From: Nitrospinaceae bacterium
Lineage (GTDB): Bacteria; Nitrospinota; Nitrospinia; Nitrospinales; Nitrospinaceae
Assembly: GCA_965223665.1 (NCBI GenBank)
Contig: OZ245011.1
Span: forward strand, 2,688,001-2,752,000
Direction: 5' to 3'
DNA: 64,000 nucleotides
Shown here: positions 14,026 through 24,379 of the stretch, in pieces
Layout of the letters: each line of letters opens with the position of its first letter
How positions within the stretch are numbered: the first letter of the stretch is position 1
Translations under genes and position numbers: made by a program
Notes under the pieces: model-generated
What the model saw: the letters and a program-made list of their open reading frames with translations, nothing else
The model's database searches: none
Told to the model about the DNA's origin: nothing

Positions 14026-15102
14026 TCAATTTATATTGGAAGGAAAAATAAAAGTACTATTTACCTGAACGTTAATTTTTATTGAGTGCTTTTTCAATCC
14101 TTTGATGGAATCCGAAATTAATTTTAAATAAATGAATGATCCATCAAGTAATTGAACTTTAATTTGGAAATAACTTCCATAAAAACTTTTTTCAATAATG
14201 TTTCCTAACAGTTCATTCGATTGGTGAATAAAATCCTCTTTATTGCTAAGAATCACTTTTTCTGGTCGAAAATAGCAATTTACCTGCTGTCCCCTTTTTA
14301 ATTCCTGAGGAGAAACACCTTGTAACTTTCCAATTTTTGGAATCATCACTTCTACTTTATCTTTGAAACATGATTCTACCTTTCCTTTAAGGCAATTAAC
14401 ATCTCCCAGGAATTCTGCCACAAATGGATGTCTTGGATGTAAATAAAGATCCTCAGGTGTCCCAATTTGCAAAAGCTTGCCATTTTCTAAAACGGCCATT
14501 CTATCAGCCAGAGTTAAGGCTTCTTGTTGATCATGAGTGACAAATAGGAAAGTGATTTCAAAAGCACGTTGCATTTCAATCAATTCCTCTCGAAGCCTTT
14601 GGCGCAAAGATTCGTCCAGAGCAGATAATGGCTCATCAAGCAAAAGAATTTTTGGACGATTAATGATCGCCCTTGCTAATGCGACTCTTTGTGATTCACC
14701 CCCACTCAACTGATGCGGCCATGCATTTTTTAAATTAGGAAGACGTATTAGTTTCAATAATTCATCAATTTGGTTAGCGATTTCAGATTCATTAATTCCT
14801 CGAATCCTTGGCCCTATGGCAATATTATCGTAAACTTGCAAGTGCGGAAACAACGCATGGCGTTGAAAAATAAAACCAACTGATCTCTTTTCTACCGGTA
14901 ATTGATTGACTTCTTTTCCTTCAATAAACAGATCACCCTGATCTGGTGTTTCGAAACCAGCAATTAATCTTAATAAAGTTGTTTTACCGCATCCGCTGGG
15001 CCCTAGTAAAACAAAGCGTTCTCCCTTTTTAATTTCTAAGGAAAAGTTTTTTAGGATAGGCTTATCATTATAGGCTTTTGAAATTCCTTCTAGGCGAACC
15101 AT
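14026..15102 (-). CDS. ABC ATPase, PotA/MalK-like, with C-terminal TOBE-like region
   Basis: GPSGCGKTT, LSGGESQRVALARA, LLLDEPLSALD, VTHDQQEAL. Confidence 0.9.
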   Translation of the reverse strand: MVRLEGISKAYNDKPILKNFSLEIKKGERFVLLGPSGCGKTTLLRLIAGFETPDQGDLFIEGKEVNQLPVEKRSVGFIFQRHALFPHLQVYDNIAIGPRIRGINESEIANQIDELLKLIRLPNLKNAWPHQLSGGESQRVALARAIINRPKILLLDEPLSALDESLRQRLREELIEMQRAFEITFLFVTHDQQEALTLADRMAVLENGKLLQIGTPEDLYLHPRHPFVAEFLGDVNCLKGKVESCFKDKVEVMIPKIGKLQGVSPQELKRGQQVNCYFRPEKVILSNKEDFIHQSNELLGNIIEKSFYGSYFQIKVQLLDGSFIYLKLISDSIKGLKKHSIKINVQVNSTFIFPSNIN

Positions 15103-15196
15103 GCTTCTCTAAACAAATAAGTAAACATGCCTCGCATTGTAGAAGATTTTTGATTCTTATGCCACATAAGGTAAAAGGTATAAAAAGAGTATTAAA

Positions 15197-15224
15197 TTGA
15201 CGAAAATAAATCCTATTTTATATT
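15197..15224 (+). promoter_or_regulatory. Candidate sigma70 promoter for purD
   Basis: TTGACG-16nt-TATATT in the divergent intergenic region. Confidence 0.4.
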
Positions 15225-15326
15225 CAAATAAATTTCATTAATATAGTGATCCTTTAAGTTTGTTTCGCAGAAGATTTTTCTATAAAATCCGGATCACATT
15301 TAATTGAATTGTTAAGGGTGGAAAAA

Positions 15327-16592
15327 ATGAAAATACTTGTAGTTGGCGGTGGTGGACGCGAACATGCTCTTGTTTGGAAGATCAAACAAAGTCCTTTGGT
15401 AAAGGCGATTTTTTGTGCACCCGGAAATGCCGGGACTTCGGAATTGGCACAAAACATTTCTATTTCAGACGGAGATATTGAAAGCCTGCTAAAATTTGCA
15501 AAAGAAAATAATATCGACTTGACGGTTGTAGGGCCTGAAAAACCATTAGTGGAAGGAATTGTTGATCAATTTAATCAAAAAGGCCTGAATGTTTTCGGAC
15601 CTTCAGGAAAAGCGGCACAACTTGAAGGAAGCAAGGTATTTTCAAAAGATTTAATGAAAAAATATAACATTCCTACTGCAGATTATGAAACTTTTGAATC
15701 TGCAGAAATGGCCAATAAGTTTATCCAGGGCAAAAATAATTTGGTGGTAAAAGCAGAGGGTTTAGCTGCGGGAAAAGGAGTATTTGTTTGTGATAAAGAA
15801 GAAGAAGCGGCAGATGCAATTTCTCAAATAATGAACAACAAGTTATTTGGTAGCGCAGGGCTTAGAATTGTAATTGAAGAAAAACTTGTCGGACAGGAAA
15901 TTTCTTTTCTTGCTTTCACTGATGGTGAAACCGTATTGCCAATGGTCGCCGCCCAAGATCATAAAGCAATTTTTGAAGGTGATAAAGGACCTAACACAGG
16001 CGGAATGGGAGCCTATTCCCCCCCTCCTATTTTCACCGATTCCTTAAAACAAGAAGTGATGGATACAATCATGACTCCCACTATCCGTGCCCTGGCTTCA
16101 GAAAATATAAATTATAGGGGAGTATTATATGCAGGTTTGATGATCACCAATAAAGGGCCAAAAGTTTTAGAGTTTAATGCCCGTTTTGGCGATCCTGAAA
16201 TTCAGGCTTTAATTGCGCGAATGGATTTTGACATAGTCCCTGTTATGGAAGCTTGTACCCAAAATGGGAAATTAGCATCTATAAAATTAAACTGGAAGCA
16301 AAATGCATCTGTATGTGTTGTAATGGCTTCAGGGGGATATCCTGGATCATACGAAAAGGGAAAAGTAATCGATGGAATAATTGAGTCTAACGGATTAGAA
16401 AGAGTGACGGTATTTCACGCAGGAACAAAAATTGAAAATAATCAAATACTGACTAATGGAGGCCGGGTCCTTGGTGTTACTGCCCTTGGAGATAACATTG
16501 AAAGTGCCATAATCCAAGCCTATAAAGGTGTTTCCAAAATTAAATGGGAGGGAGCTTATTTTAGAAAAGATATAGGGAAAAAAGCTCTGTGA
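15327..16592 (+). CDS. purD: Phosphoribosylamine-glycine ligase
   Basis: MKILVVGGGGREHAL, QDHK, GPNTGGMGAYSP, EFNARFGDPE, TNGGRVL. Confidence 0.97.
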   Translation: MKILVVGGGGREHALVWKIKQSPLVKAIFCAPGNAGTSELAQNISISDGDIESLLKFAKENNIDLTVVGPEKPLVEGIVDQFNQKGLNVFGPSGKAAQLEGSKVFSKDLMKKYNIPTADYETFESAEMANKFIQGKNNLVVKAEGLAAGKGVFVCDKEEEAADAISQIMNNKLFGSAGLRIVIEEKLVGQEISFLAFTDGETVLPMVAAQDHKAIFEGDKGPNTGGMGAYSPPPIFTDSLKQEVMDTIMTPTIRALASENINYRGVLYAGLMITNKGPKVLEFNARFGDPEIQALIARMDFDIVPVMEACTQNGKLASIKLNWKQNASVCVVMASGGYPGSYEKGKVIDGIIESNGLERVTVFHAGTKIENNQILTNGGRVLGVTALGDNIESAIIQAYKGVSKIKWEGAYFRKDIGKKAL

Positions 16593-16605
16593 GGAATCAA
16601 AAATT

Positions 16606-16986
16606 CTAATCTAATTGTGGTTCTTTTGGATCGGGGACGGCTTTCATTTGCTTGCTGAAAAGTTTGGCTGATAGGATCCAAGTTCCCCAGGAAATTATTA
16701 CAATAATTCCAATTCCAATGCTTGCCCAAAGAACAACATTACCACTTTCAGACATGCCCCTTAAAAAAACAAACATTCCCAAAGGTAAAGCCATTATAAA
16801 TCCAAAACAAGAAAGCAGCATAGAGCTTCGCGCATAATATTTGGGCCGGACATCAATATTAAGTTCACTCAGATGTTTTTGATTTTCTGGAACAGCCGCA
16901 TCCAATAACTCTATCTGCCCGTCACACTTGGGACAAAACTGACCACCCCAAAACGCGTTTTTACATTGCAAACAAAATTTAACCAT
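16606..16986 (-). CDS. Hypothetical membrane protein with N-terminal CxxC..CxxC zinc ribbon and two TM helices
   Basis: CLQC...CPKC followed by two hydrophobic segments. Confidence 0.7.
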   Translation of the reverse strand: MVKFCLQCKNAFWGGQFCPKCDGQIELLDAAVPENQKHLSELNIDVRPKYYARSSMLLSCFGFIMALPLGMFVFLRGMSESGNVVLWASIGIGIIVIISWGTWILSAKLFSKQMKAVPDPKEPQLD

Positions 16987-17147
16987 TAGCTTATGAACAT
17001 TTTGTTAAAATTAACCTCAGTGAACAATTTTGCCGTAAGCTATTCTTTATTAAAAGTGAGCTAGTTGCAATAATAGAAAATTTGAATTATCTGAGGCCTC
17101 TTTATAATATATGATTCGATTTCCAGGTCAAGGGAGAAAGGTTTACC

Positions 17148-17942
17148 ATGTCCGAAAACAATTCAATTATTCTTACTCACGGTGGAGCGGGCTCCAAGTC
17201 CGACTTTTCCAATGGAACTGAAGCAGCCGGTCATGCGGGTATAAATGCCTTAAAAAATGGGGCTTCTGCTATTGATGCGGCCGTTCAATCTGTGATTGTT
17301 TTAGAAAACGACTCTCGCTTTAATGCTGGAATTGGTTCGGCACGTCGCTCGGACGGCTCTATCCAAATGGATGCTTCTTGTATGGACAGCCACCACCGAT
17401 TTGGCGCCGTGACTTCACTGGAGGGATTTAAAAATCCTATTAAAGTTGCCCGTGCTTTAATGGAATCCAATCCTCGAGTATTATCTGGAAACGGTGCCGC
17501 TAAGTTTGCCAAAGAAAATGGATATGAAATCCTCGATACTTCAGTTATTACAACCGGAGATTCCACCCCAACTTGTGATACGGTGGGGTGTGTGATTTTT
17601 GATGGAGAAAACTTTGCTGCTGCATTAAGTACAGGGGGAACTCGAAATTCATTACCAGGAAGAGTTGGAGATGTCCCATTTCTAGGCTGTGGTTTGTATG
17701 CTGGACCCTATGGGGCGGTGGCGGCTACCGGTTTTGGTGAAGCAATTATTATGAACTTGACCGCTTTTCGAGCCTATCAAATGTTAGAAGAAGGCATGGG
17801 ACCTAATTTTGTTTTAGATGAAGTTTTGGATTGGTTTGACGATTCAGAAGACATTGGTCTCCTACTCATCAATCGCAAGGACCATGCTGCTGGATCAAAC
17901 CGCACTATGGCTTGGTCGGCGGTAGATGCACAGCACACTTAA
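17148..17942 (+). CDS. Isoaspartyl peptidase / plant-type L-asparaginase (Ntn hydrolase)
   Basis: HGGAG, FNAGIGS, MDAS, DTVG nucleophile, STGG, GRVGD. Confidence 0.9.
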   Translation: MSENNSIILTHGGAGSKSDFSNGTEAAGHAGINALKNGASAIDAAVQSVIVLENDSRFNAGIGSARRSDGSIQMDASCMDSHHRFGAVTSLEGFKNPIKVARALMESNPRVLSGNGAAKFAKENGYEILDTSVITTGDSTPTCDTVGCVIFDGENFAAALSTGGTRNSLPGRVGDVPFLGCGLYAGPYGAVAATGFGEAIIMNLTAFRAYQMLEEGMGPNFVLDEVLDWFDDSEDIGLLLINRKDHAAGSNRTMAWSAVDAQHT

Positions 17943-17943
17943 C

Positions 17944-18921
17944 ATGGACAAAAAATACACAATCCAATCCAAAGATTTTGAGCCTGCTTATATGAAGCTT
18001 TTTCGGACCGGAGAGCTTTTTCGCCGGTCTCGCCAGGGAATTCGTCATTTAGAAAATTGCAAAGTTTGTCCCCGTGATTGTGAGGTGAACCGCCTTAATA
18101 ATGAATGGGCATTGTGTAAAACTGGTCGCTATGCCTGGGTATCCAGCTTTTTTCCTCACTTTGGAGAAGAGGATTGTTTGCGGGGATGGAACGGAAGCGG
18201 GACCATTTTCTTTTCCATGTGCAATTTGAAGTGTGTTTTTTGCCAAAATTATGACATCAGTCAACATCAAGATGGTCAGGAAGCATCAGCAGAATTATTG
18301 GCACAAATGATGTTAAGTTTGCAAGAAAAAGGGTGTCATAACATCAATTTTGTAACTCCAGAACATGTAGTTCCGCAAATTTTAGAGGCCCTCCCCTTAG
18401 CAGTTCAAATGGGGTTACGACTACCCTTAGTTTATAATACAGGAGCCTACGATTCATTGGAAAGCATTCAGTTGATGGATGGGATTGTAGATATTTATAT
18501 GCCGGACTTTAAATATTGGAATGAGGTAGATAGCAGTAATTACTTAAAGGCAAAAAATTATGCTTCAGTCGCTCGGAGAGTTATTAAGGAAATGCAGAGA
18601 CAAGTAGGAACTTTAAAATTTGATGAAACAGGCCTGGCAAAACGTGGGGTTTTAGTAAGACATTTAGTAATGCCAAATAATTCACATAATGTTCGTAACA
18701 TCATGAGATTTTTAGCTCAGGACATTTCTCCAGATACCTACGTAAACATGATGGAACAATACCGTCCGGCTGGTAAAGTAACGGAAGAACGGTACCCTCA
18801 GATTAATCGAAGCACTTCTAAAAAAGAACACGAGGAAGCACTTCAAATTGCCAAAGAAGAAGGTCTTTACAGATTTGATCAACGAGATCCATCGGCCTTT
18901 TCTTCAATGCTGACTTTTTAA
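17944..18921 (+). CDS. Radical SAM protein, PflX-like
   Basis: CKVCPRDC, HFGEE, GSGTIFF, CNLKCVFCQN (CxxxCxxC), HNINFVTP, YMPDFKY, VRHLVMP. Confidence 0.88.
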   Translation: MDKKYTIQSKDFEPAYMKLFRTGELFRRSRQGIRHLENCKVCPRDCEVNRLNNEWALCKTGRYAWVSSFFPHFGEEDCLRGWNGSGTIFFSMCNLKCVFCQNYDISQHQDGQEASAELLAQMMLSLQEKGCHNINFVTPEHVVPQILEALPLAVQMGLRLPLVYNTGAYDSLESIQLMDGIVDIYMPDFKYWNEVDSSNYLKAKNYASVARRVIKEMQRQVGTLKFDETGLAKRGVLVRHLVMPNNSHNVRNIMRFLAQDISPDTYVNMMEQYRPAGKVTEERYPQINRSTSKKEHEEALQIAKEEGLYRFDQRDPSAFSSMLTF

Positions 18922-19029
18922 TATCCCTGTATTTTTGGTTTTATCACAAGTAAAATTTCTAAATTCATTGATTAAAAACTAACCTCCAACCCGCTTTCTT
19001 CATGGGTAAATTTTTTGAAAGATCCCCAT

Positions 19030-19308
19030 ATGGTAGATCAAGCCGCCGTAAATAAAAGATGGAAACAACTTGGGTATAGTTGTGACCTTTGGACGGATCC
19101 CCCAGGGCAATGTTGGGAAAATTATGTGCATTTAATGGATGAACTGGTAATGGTAATTGATGGACAATTAGAGTTGGAAATGGATGGAAAGGTCTTACAT
19201 CCCATCCCCGGTGAGGAAATATACATTCCCGCCAATAAGGTTCACTCCGTCCGCAATATTGGAAAAATAACAGCTCATTGGCTTTATGGATATAAAAAAC
19301 AATATTGA
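19030..19308 (+). CDS. Small cupin-domain protein
   Basis: H..DELVMVIDG...IPANKVHSVRN cupin motifs. Confidence 0.8.
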   Translation: MVDQAAVNKRWKQLGYSCDLWTDPPGQCWENYVHLMDELVMVIDGQLELEMDGKVLHPIPGEEIYIPANKVHSVRNIGKITAHWLYGYKKQY

Positions 19309-19537
19309 AAGAATTTTAATTAGTTCAATTTCAATTTATATACTATTGGAATGTTTAAATGTCCTAAAGAGTAAAGAAAATTAATTTTTAATTTTAAAAT
19401 AAAAAAATAATTTTGAATGATTCATTAAAAAATCTTTTATTTCTTGAATGGATCGGTTTTAATAAATAGCATAAAGATGTTAAAATTCTTTACTTTATAT
19501 TCGCTAAACCCTGAACCTTGTTATTGAGGAAGTAAAT

Positions 19538-19975
19538 ATGCCAAAAAAAATTAAGGACCCTTGGGATCAATGTAAAAAATGCCTTCCCGCAAAATGTTGT
19601 ACCTATTTTGCTTTTGGAATAGATGAACCAGAAACTCGAAAAGACTATGAAGCCTTATTATGGCAGATTGCACATGAAGGTGTTTCATTTTATATCTACC
19701 GGAATGCTTGGTACTTTATGATGGATTCTGTTTGCAAATTCCTTACGCCAGACAACAAATGCGCAATTTATGAAACTCGTCCTTATATTTGTAAAGAACA
19801 TAGTATCGATTCCTGTGAATATGTTGGGGAGGATTATGGTTTTACAGAGCACTTTAAATCATATGAAGAATTGTTGGCTTGGATAAGAGAAAATACAAAC
19901 TTCCGATTCAAGCGCCAGCCAGTTACTCATGCAAAACACCCGCATAAAATGGAACCACTCCGCGTATCAGCATAA
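19538..19975 (+). CDS. YkgJ-family (CxxCxxCC) cysteine-cluster protein
   Basis: CKKC..AKCC ... CKFL...KCAIYETRPYIC. Confidence 0.85.
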   Translation: MPKKIKDPWDQCKKCLPAKCCTYFAFGIDEPETRKDYEALLWQIAHEGVSFYIYRNAWYFMMDSVCKFLTPDNKCAIYETRPYICKEHSIDSCEYVGEDYGFTEHFKSYEELLAWIRENTNFRFKRQPVTHAKHPHKMEPLRVSA

Positions 19976-20096
19976 AGAGAAATGTTTGAAATTATTAATT
20001 AAAGGTTAATTTGGGAAATAAGATAACCCGACATTAGCGGGTAAGTGCAGAAAAGTAATATTCCGGGATTTGGAAAACAGGAAGGTTTTATTTAGA

Positions 20097-20729
20097 TTAC
20101 TTTTCGTCTTTCTTTTTGGAATCGTCTTTTTTAGCCGGAGTTTTCTTTTTTGGCTCCGGTTTTTCCTTTGGTTTGTTATCTTTTCCTTTAGCTTTGGACT
20201 CACCTTTATCTTTTTTATCTTCGGCTTTTCCTTTAGTTTCAGGTTTTTTTGATTCTTTTTTCTTTTCAGAAGCGCCTTTCTTTTCCCCTTTTTCTTTAGT
20301 ATCTGCCTTCTTTTTAGATTCCCCTTTCTTATCTTTTTTCTTATCAGGGACAGGGGGTGGTGCCGCTTCCTCTTCCCGATCAACTAATTCAATCAACGCC
20401 ATTGGTGCATCATCCCCTCGTCGATTACCGACTCGGATAATACGCGTATATCCGCCAGTTCGATTGGCATATCGTTCGGAAAGAGGTCCAAACAACTTAA
20501 GAAAAACTTCCTTATCGTTAACTACCCGGAGTGCCAAGCGCCGAGAATGAAGGGTTCCCTTTTTTCCAAGCGTAATGGTTTTTTCCACATGACTGCGTAA
20601 TTCTTTCGCTTTTGCCAAGGTTGTACGGATCCGCTCCTGTCGAATCAAAGCCGTGACCATATTTCGGAACAACGCTTTTCGATGCGCAGAGGACCGACCT
20701 AATTTTCTTCCAGATTTCAAATGACGCAT
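20097..20729 (-). CDS. rplQ: 50S ribosomal protein L17 with long Lys/Glu/Asp-rich C-terminal tail
   Basis: MRHLKSGRKLGR..HRKAL, GGYTRI, RRGDDAPM. Confidence 0.96.
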   Translation of the reverse strand: MRHLKSGRKLGRSSAHRKALFRNMVTALIRQERIRTTLAKAKELRSHVEKTITLGKKGTLHSRRLALRVVNDKEVFLKLFGPLSERYANRTGGYTRIIRVGNRRGDDAPMALIELVDREEEAAPPPVPDKKKDKKGESKKKADTKEKGEKKGASEKKKESKKPETKGKAEDKKDKGESKAKGKDNKPKEKPEPKKKTPAKKDDSKKKDEK

Positions 20730-20799
20730 GACTAAACTACTCCGGTAAATTGAATGCCGCTAATTATAAAGAAATTTATCCTAAATTTCCTTAAGAAAT

Positions 20800-21825
20800 T
20801 TACGGCTGTTCTACTTCTGTTTCTATTTCTTTTTTCTTACGTAACGCTAATATTTGTTTTAAATCCTCATCCTCGATTTTCATACCAAGTGACAAACCCA
20901 TATCTTCAAGAATTTCCCGGATTTCATTTAATGATTTCCGACCAAAATTACGGGTTTTCAGCATTTCTCCATCACCTCTTTGAACCAATTCAGCAATAGT
21001 TTGAATATTAGCATTTTTCAAACAATTGTAGGATCGCACGGAAAGCTCTAATTCTTCCACGCTTTTGGCTAAATTGGTGATCATTTTTTGCTTTTTCTCA
21101 TCAACTTGTGGTTGAACCGGTTCAGGTTCTTCATCAAAATTAATGAAAATTTGCATGTGGTCTTTTACAATTTTTGCTGCGTGAGCCACTGCATCTTCTG
21201 GAGAAATACTACCATCTGTCCAAAGTTCCATGACCAGAGCATCAAAATCAGTGGACTGACCTACTCGAGTTTTCTCAACAGTATAATTCACCCTTTCAAT
21301 GGGAGAAAAAATAGCATCCACAGGAATCATTTGCACAGATTCTGTGGATAAATCATGTCGGTCTGCGGGAACATATCCACGTCCCTTTCGGACAATCACC
21401 TCAAGGTCCAAAGAACCATTACTATCCAACCTGGCAATTTCATGTTCGGGATTCAGTATTTCAATTTCAGGATCCGCCTGAAAATCCCCAGCTGTAACAG
21501 GGCCTGGGGTATCCTTTTTCAAATACATACGTTTACTCTCTTCAGCACCACTCATTTTGAGTTTTAAACCTTTAAGCTGAAGAATAATTTCCGTTACATC
21601 TTCCATAACACCTGGAATAGAAGAAAACTCATGAAAAATACCTTCAAATTTGGCGCCAATTATGGCAGCACCTTCAATTGATGAAAGAAGCATTCTTCTT
21701 AAAGAATTTCCAACCGTTACTCCGTAGCCACGTTCAAAGGGTCCGGCTCGGAATTTGGCAAAGTTTTCTGTTTTTGTTTTTTTATCAAAGTCAAGTCGCT
21801 TGGGTTTCACGATGCCTTGCATCAT
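20800..21825 (-). CDS. rpoA: RNA polymerase alpha subunit
   Basis: PFERGYGVTVGNSLRR, HEFS, LELSVRSYNCLK, NFGRKSL. Confidence 0.98.
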   Translation of the reverse strand: MMQGIVKPKRLDFDKKTKTENFAKFRAGPFERGYGVTVGNSLRRMLLSSIEGAAIIGAKFEGIFHEFSSIPGVMEDVTEIILQLKGLKLKMSGAEESKRMYLKKDTPGPVTAGDFQADPEIEILNPEHEIARLDSNGSLDLEVIVRKGRGYVPADRHDLSTESVQMIPVDAIFSPIERVNYTVEKTRVGQSTDFDALVMELWTDGSISPEDAVAHAAKIVKDHMQIFINFDEEPEPVQPQVDEKKQKMITNLAKSVEELELSVRSYNCLKNANIQTIAELVQRGDGEMLKTRNFGRKSLNEIREILEDMGLSLGMKIEDEDLKQILALRKKKEIETEVEQP

Positions 21826-21910
21826 TGAGCAATTCCTCCGAAAGAATCTTTAGATATGTATGCAAAGTTAAGGTAAGACAATGTGCACGTTGAATCCTAA
21901 ATGAGGGAAG

Positions 21911-22537
21911 TTAACGCGAATACAATTCAACGATCAATTGTTCCTGAATAGGTAAGGTAATATCCTCACGGTTCGCAGGAGACTGCACGGTCCCTTGGTT
22001 TTTATCTGCATCAAACAATAGCCATGAAGGAAGGGTTTTACTCTTCATATTCTCCACGGCACTTTTAATAACCATTTTTTCTTTTTTATTTTCAGCGGGA
22101 GCGACAACGTCGCCTTGCTTCAAAATATAAGAAGCTACATTTACTTTTTTTCCATTAATGGTGAAAAATTTATGCCGAATCATTTGCCGGGCCTGATTTC
22201 TGGAGCCAGCAAATCCTAATCGATAGATCACATTGTCAAATCTCATTTCAAGAAGCTGCAGCAAATTTTCACCGGTAACCCCTTTCTTTCGATCTGCAAT
22301 GGCAAAATATTTTCGAAATTGGTTTTCTAAAACACCATAAATTCGGCGGACCTTCTGTTTTTCTCTCAATTGTTTTCCATATTCAGAAAACTTACTTCGA
22401 CCCTGACCATGTTGACCAGGAGCATATGCCCGCTTATCAATGGCGCATTTCGGTGTGGAGCACCGATCCGCTTTTAGAAACAACTTCATCCCTTCCCGCC
22501 GGCAGAGCCGACAAACCGATCCGATATATCTTGCCAA
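21911..22537 (-). CDS. rpsD: 30S ribosomal protein S4 (Cys-containing; TTG start)
   Basis: [40 protein letters not shown] before TTG 22537. Confidence 0.97.
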   Translation of the reverse strand: MARYIGSVCRLCRREGMKLFLKADRCSTPKCAIDKRAYAPGQHGQGRSKFSEYGKQLREKQKVRRIYGVLENQFRKYFAIADRKKGVTGENLLQLLEMRFDNVIYRLGFAGSRNQARQMIRHKFFTINGKKVNVASYILKQGDVVAPAENKKEKMVIKSAVENMKSKTLPSWLLFDADKNQGTVQSPANREDITLPIQEQLIVELYSR

Positions 22538-22562
22538 AATTGATCTCCTAAAATTAATAAAG

Positions 22563-22955
22563 TTACACGCGGCGACGCTTTCGGGGACGGCAACCATTAT
22601 GTGGAATAGGTGTCCTATCCCGAATCACGGTTATTTCCATACCCACGCCCTGCAATGATCGAATGGCCGACTCTCTGCCGGCACCTGGACCCTTAACATG
22701 TACTTCGAGTTTCTTCATTCCCATTTCCTTGGCCTTACCGGCTGCTTTTTCTGCGGCAACTTGAGCAGCAAAAGGAGTACTTTTTCTAGAACCCTTAAAT
22801 CCTTGAGCTCCAGCGCTGGACCAAGATATTACATTTCCGGAAAGATCAGTAATGGTCACAATCGTATTATTAAATGTTGCTCGAATATGAGCCATTCCTG
22901 TTTCGGGGGCAACTTTAACTTTCTTTTTGCCTCCACGCGTTTTCTTATCCGCCAT
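22563..22955 (-). CDS. rpsK: 30S ribosomal protein S11
   Basis: [28 protein letters not shown]. Confidence 0.98.
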   Translation of the reverse strand: MADKKTRGGKKKVKVAPETGMAHIRATFNNTIVTITDLSGNVISWSSAGAQGFKGSRKSTPFAAQVAAEKAAGKAKEMGMKKLEVHVKGPGAGRESAIRSLQGVGMEITVIRDRTPIPHNGCRPRKRRRV

Positions 22956-22970
22956 AATTACCCTCTCTAA

Positions 22971-23342
22971 TTACTTTTTACTTTTTGACCCAACCGTTTT
23001 TCGAGGGCCTTTACGTGTTCTTGCATTGGTATGCGTTCTTTGCCCATGAACCGGCAAACCACGCCTATGCCTTAGCCCTCGATAACAACCAATATCCATC
23101 AAACGTTTCATATTCATATTAACGACACGCCGAAGATCTCCTTCGACCTCATACTCTTTTTCAATAATTTGTCGAATCTTTGTCACTTCATCATCAGTTA
23201 AGTTTTTGATTCGAATATCCGGTGAAATTTGAGCCTTTGTCAAAATTTCATGGGAAGTGGCTTTACCAACTCCAAAAATATAGGTCAAAGCAATGACCGC
23301 TCTTTTATCTCTTGGAATGTCTATTCCTGCAATTCGTGCCAC
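22971..23342 (-). CDS. rpsM: 30S ribosomal protein S13
   Basis: [29 protein letters not shown]. Confidence 0.98.
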   Translation of the reverse strand: MARIAGIDIPRDKRAVIALTYIFGVGKATSHEILTKAQISPDIRIKNLTDDEVTKIRQIIEKEYEVEGDLRRVVNMNMKRLMDIGCYRGLRHRRGLPVHGQRTHTNARTRKGPRKTVGSKSKK

Positions 23343-23376
23343 ACTAAATTCCTTTCTTTAAGGGCCTTTGTTCCAT

Positions 23377-23490
23377 TTAACCCTGTCGCTGCTTATGTTT
23401 TGGGTTTTCACAAATCACTCGCACCACTCCGCCACGGCGTATGACTTTACATTTATTACAAATTTTTTTAACTGATGCTCGTACTTTCAT
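23377..23490 (-). CDS. rpmJ: 50S ribosomal protein L36 (Zn-binding type; missing from ORF track)
   Basis: Hand translation [37 protein letters not shown]. Confidence 0.97.
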   Translation of the reverse strand: MKVRASVKKICNKCKVIRRGGVVRVICENPKHKQRQG

Positions 23491-23513
23491 AAATTCCTCT
23501 TGGGTTCACACGA

Positions 23514-23732
23514 TTACTTATAACGATAAGTGATACGCCCTCGGGTTAAATCATAAGGGGACAACTGCACTTTGACTTTATCACCGGATAAAATCCTAAT
23601 AAAATGCATTCTCATTTTCCCTGAAATGTGCGCTAAAATTTTATGTCCATTCTCTAATTCCACTCGAAACATAGCGTTCGGTAACGGCTCTAATACAGTT
23701 CCCTCAACTTCAATGGCTTCTTCTTTGGACAT
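23514..23732 (-). CDS. infA: Translation initiation factor IF-1
   Basis: [35 protein letters not shown]. Confidence 0.97.
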   Translation of the reverse strand: MSKEEAIEVEGTVLEPLPNAMFRVELENGHKILAHISGKMRMHFIRILSGDKVKVQLSPYDLTRGRITYRYK

Positions 23733-23737
23733 ATTAA

Positions 23738-24376
23738 TTAAATCATTCCGCAAACCCGGGAAAAAATATCATCAACGGTACCTCTTCCTGGTGCAGTTCG
23801 CAATTTCCCTTGTTGTTTATAAAATTCCTTAAGTGGTGCTGTTTTATTGGTATACTCTTCTAGCCGCTCTAAAATGGTTTCTTCTTTATCATCATCCCGC
23901 TGATAAAGTTCTCCTCCACATTCATCACATATTCCTGGTTCTTTTGGAGGCCTTGTCTTTAGATGAAACACCGCATTACAATTTCTACAAGTACTTCGAC
24001 CAGTGAGCCGAACCAATAATTCTCTGGAGTCGACTTCTAAATCAATCACATTATCTATTTCTTGCCCCATTCCTGAAAGAGTTTCATCTAACTTTTCCGC
24101 CTGGACAATCGTCCTGGGAAATCCATCCAGAATATATCCATTATTACAGTCAGACTCTTTTATTCTCTCTTTTATCAACCCTACAACAATCTCATCCGGA
24201 ACCAAACGTCCTTCATCCATAAAAGCTTTCGCTTCTTGTCCCAAAGCAGTATTTTCTTCTACAGCTGCTCGGAGGATATCGCCTGTGGATATCTTCGGAA
24301 CTTTAAACTTTTCTTGAAGCAAAGCTGCTTGAGTGCCCTTACCGGATCCCGGGGGGCCTAACAAAATTAACCTCAT
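23738..24376 (-). CDS. adk: Adenylate kinase (Zn-LID type)
   Basis: [26 protein letters not shown] lid. Confidence 0.97.
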   Translation of the reverse strand: MRLILLGPPGSGKGTQAALLQEKFKVPKISTGDILRAAVEENTALGQEAKAFMDEGRLVPDEIVVGLIKERIKESDCNNGYILDGFPRTIVQAEKLDETLSGMGQEIDNVIDLEVDSRELLVRLTGRSTCRNCNAVFHLKTRPPKEPGICDECGGELYQRDDDKEETILERLEEYTNKTAPLKEFYKQQGKLRTAPGRGTVDDIFSRVCGMI

Positions 24377-24379
24377 GGA

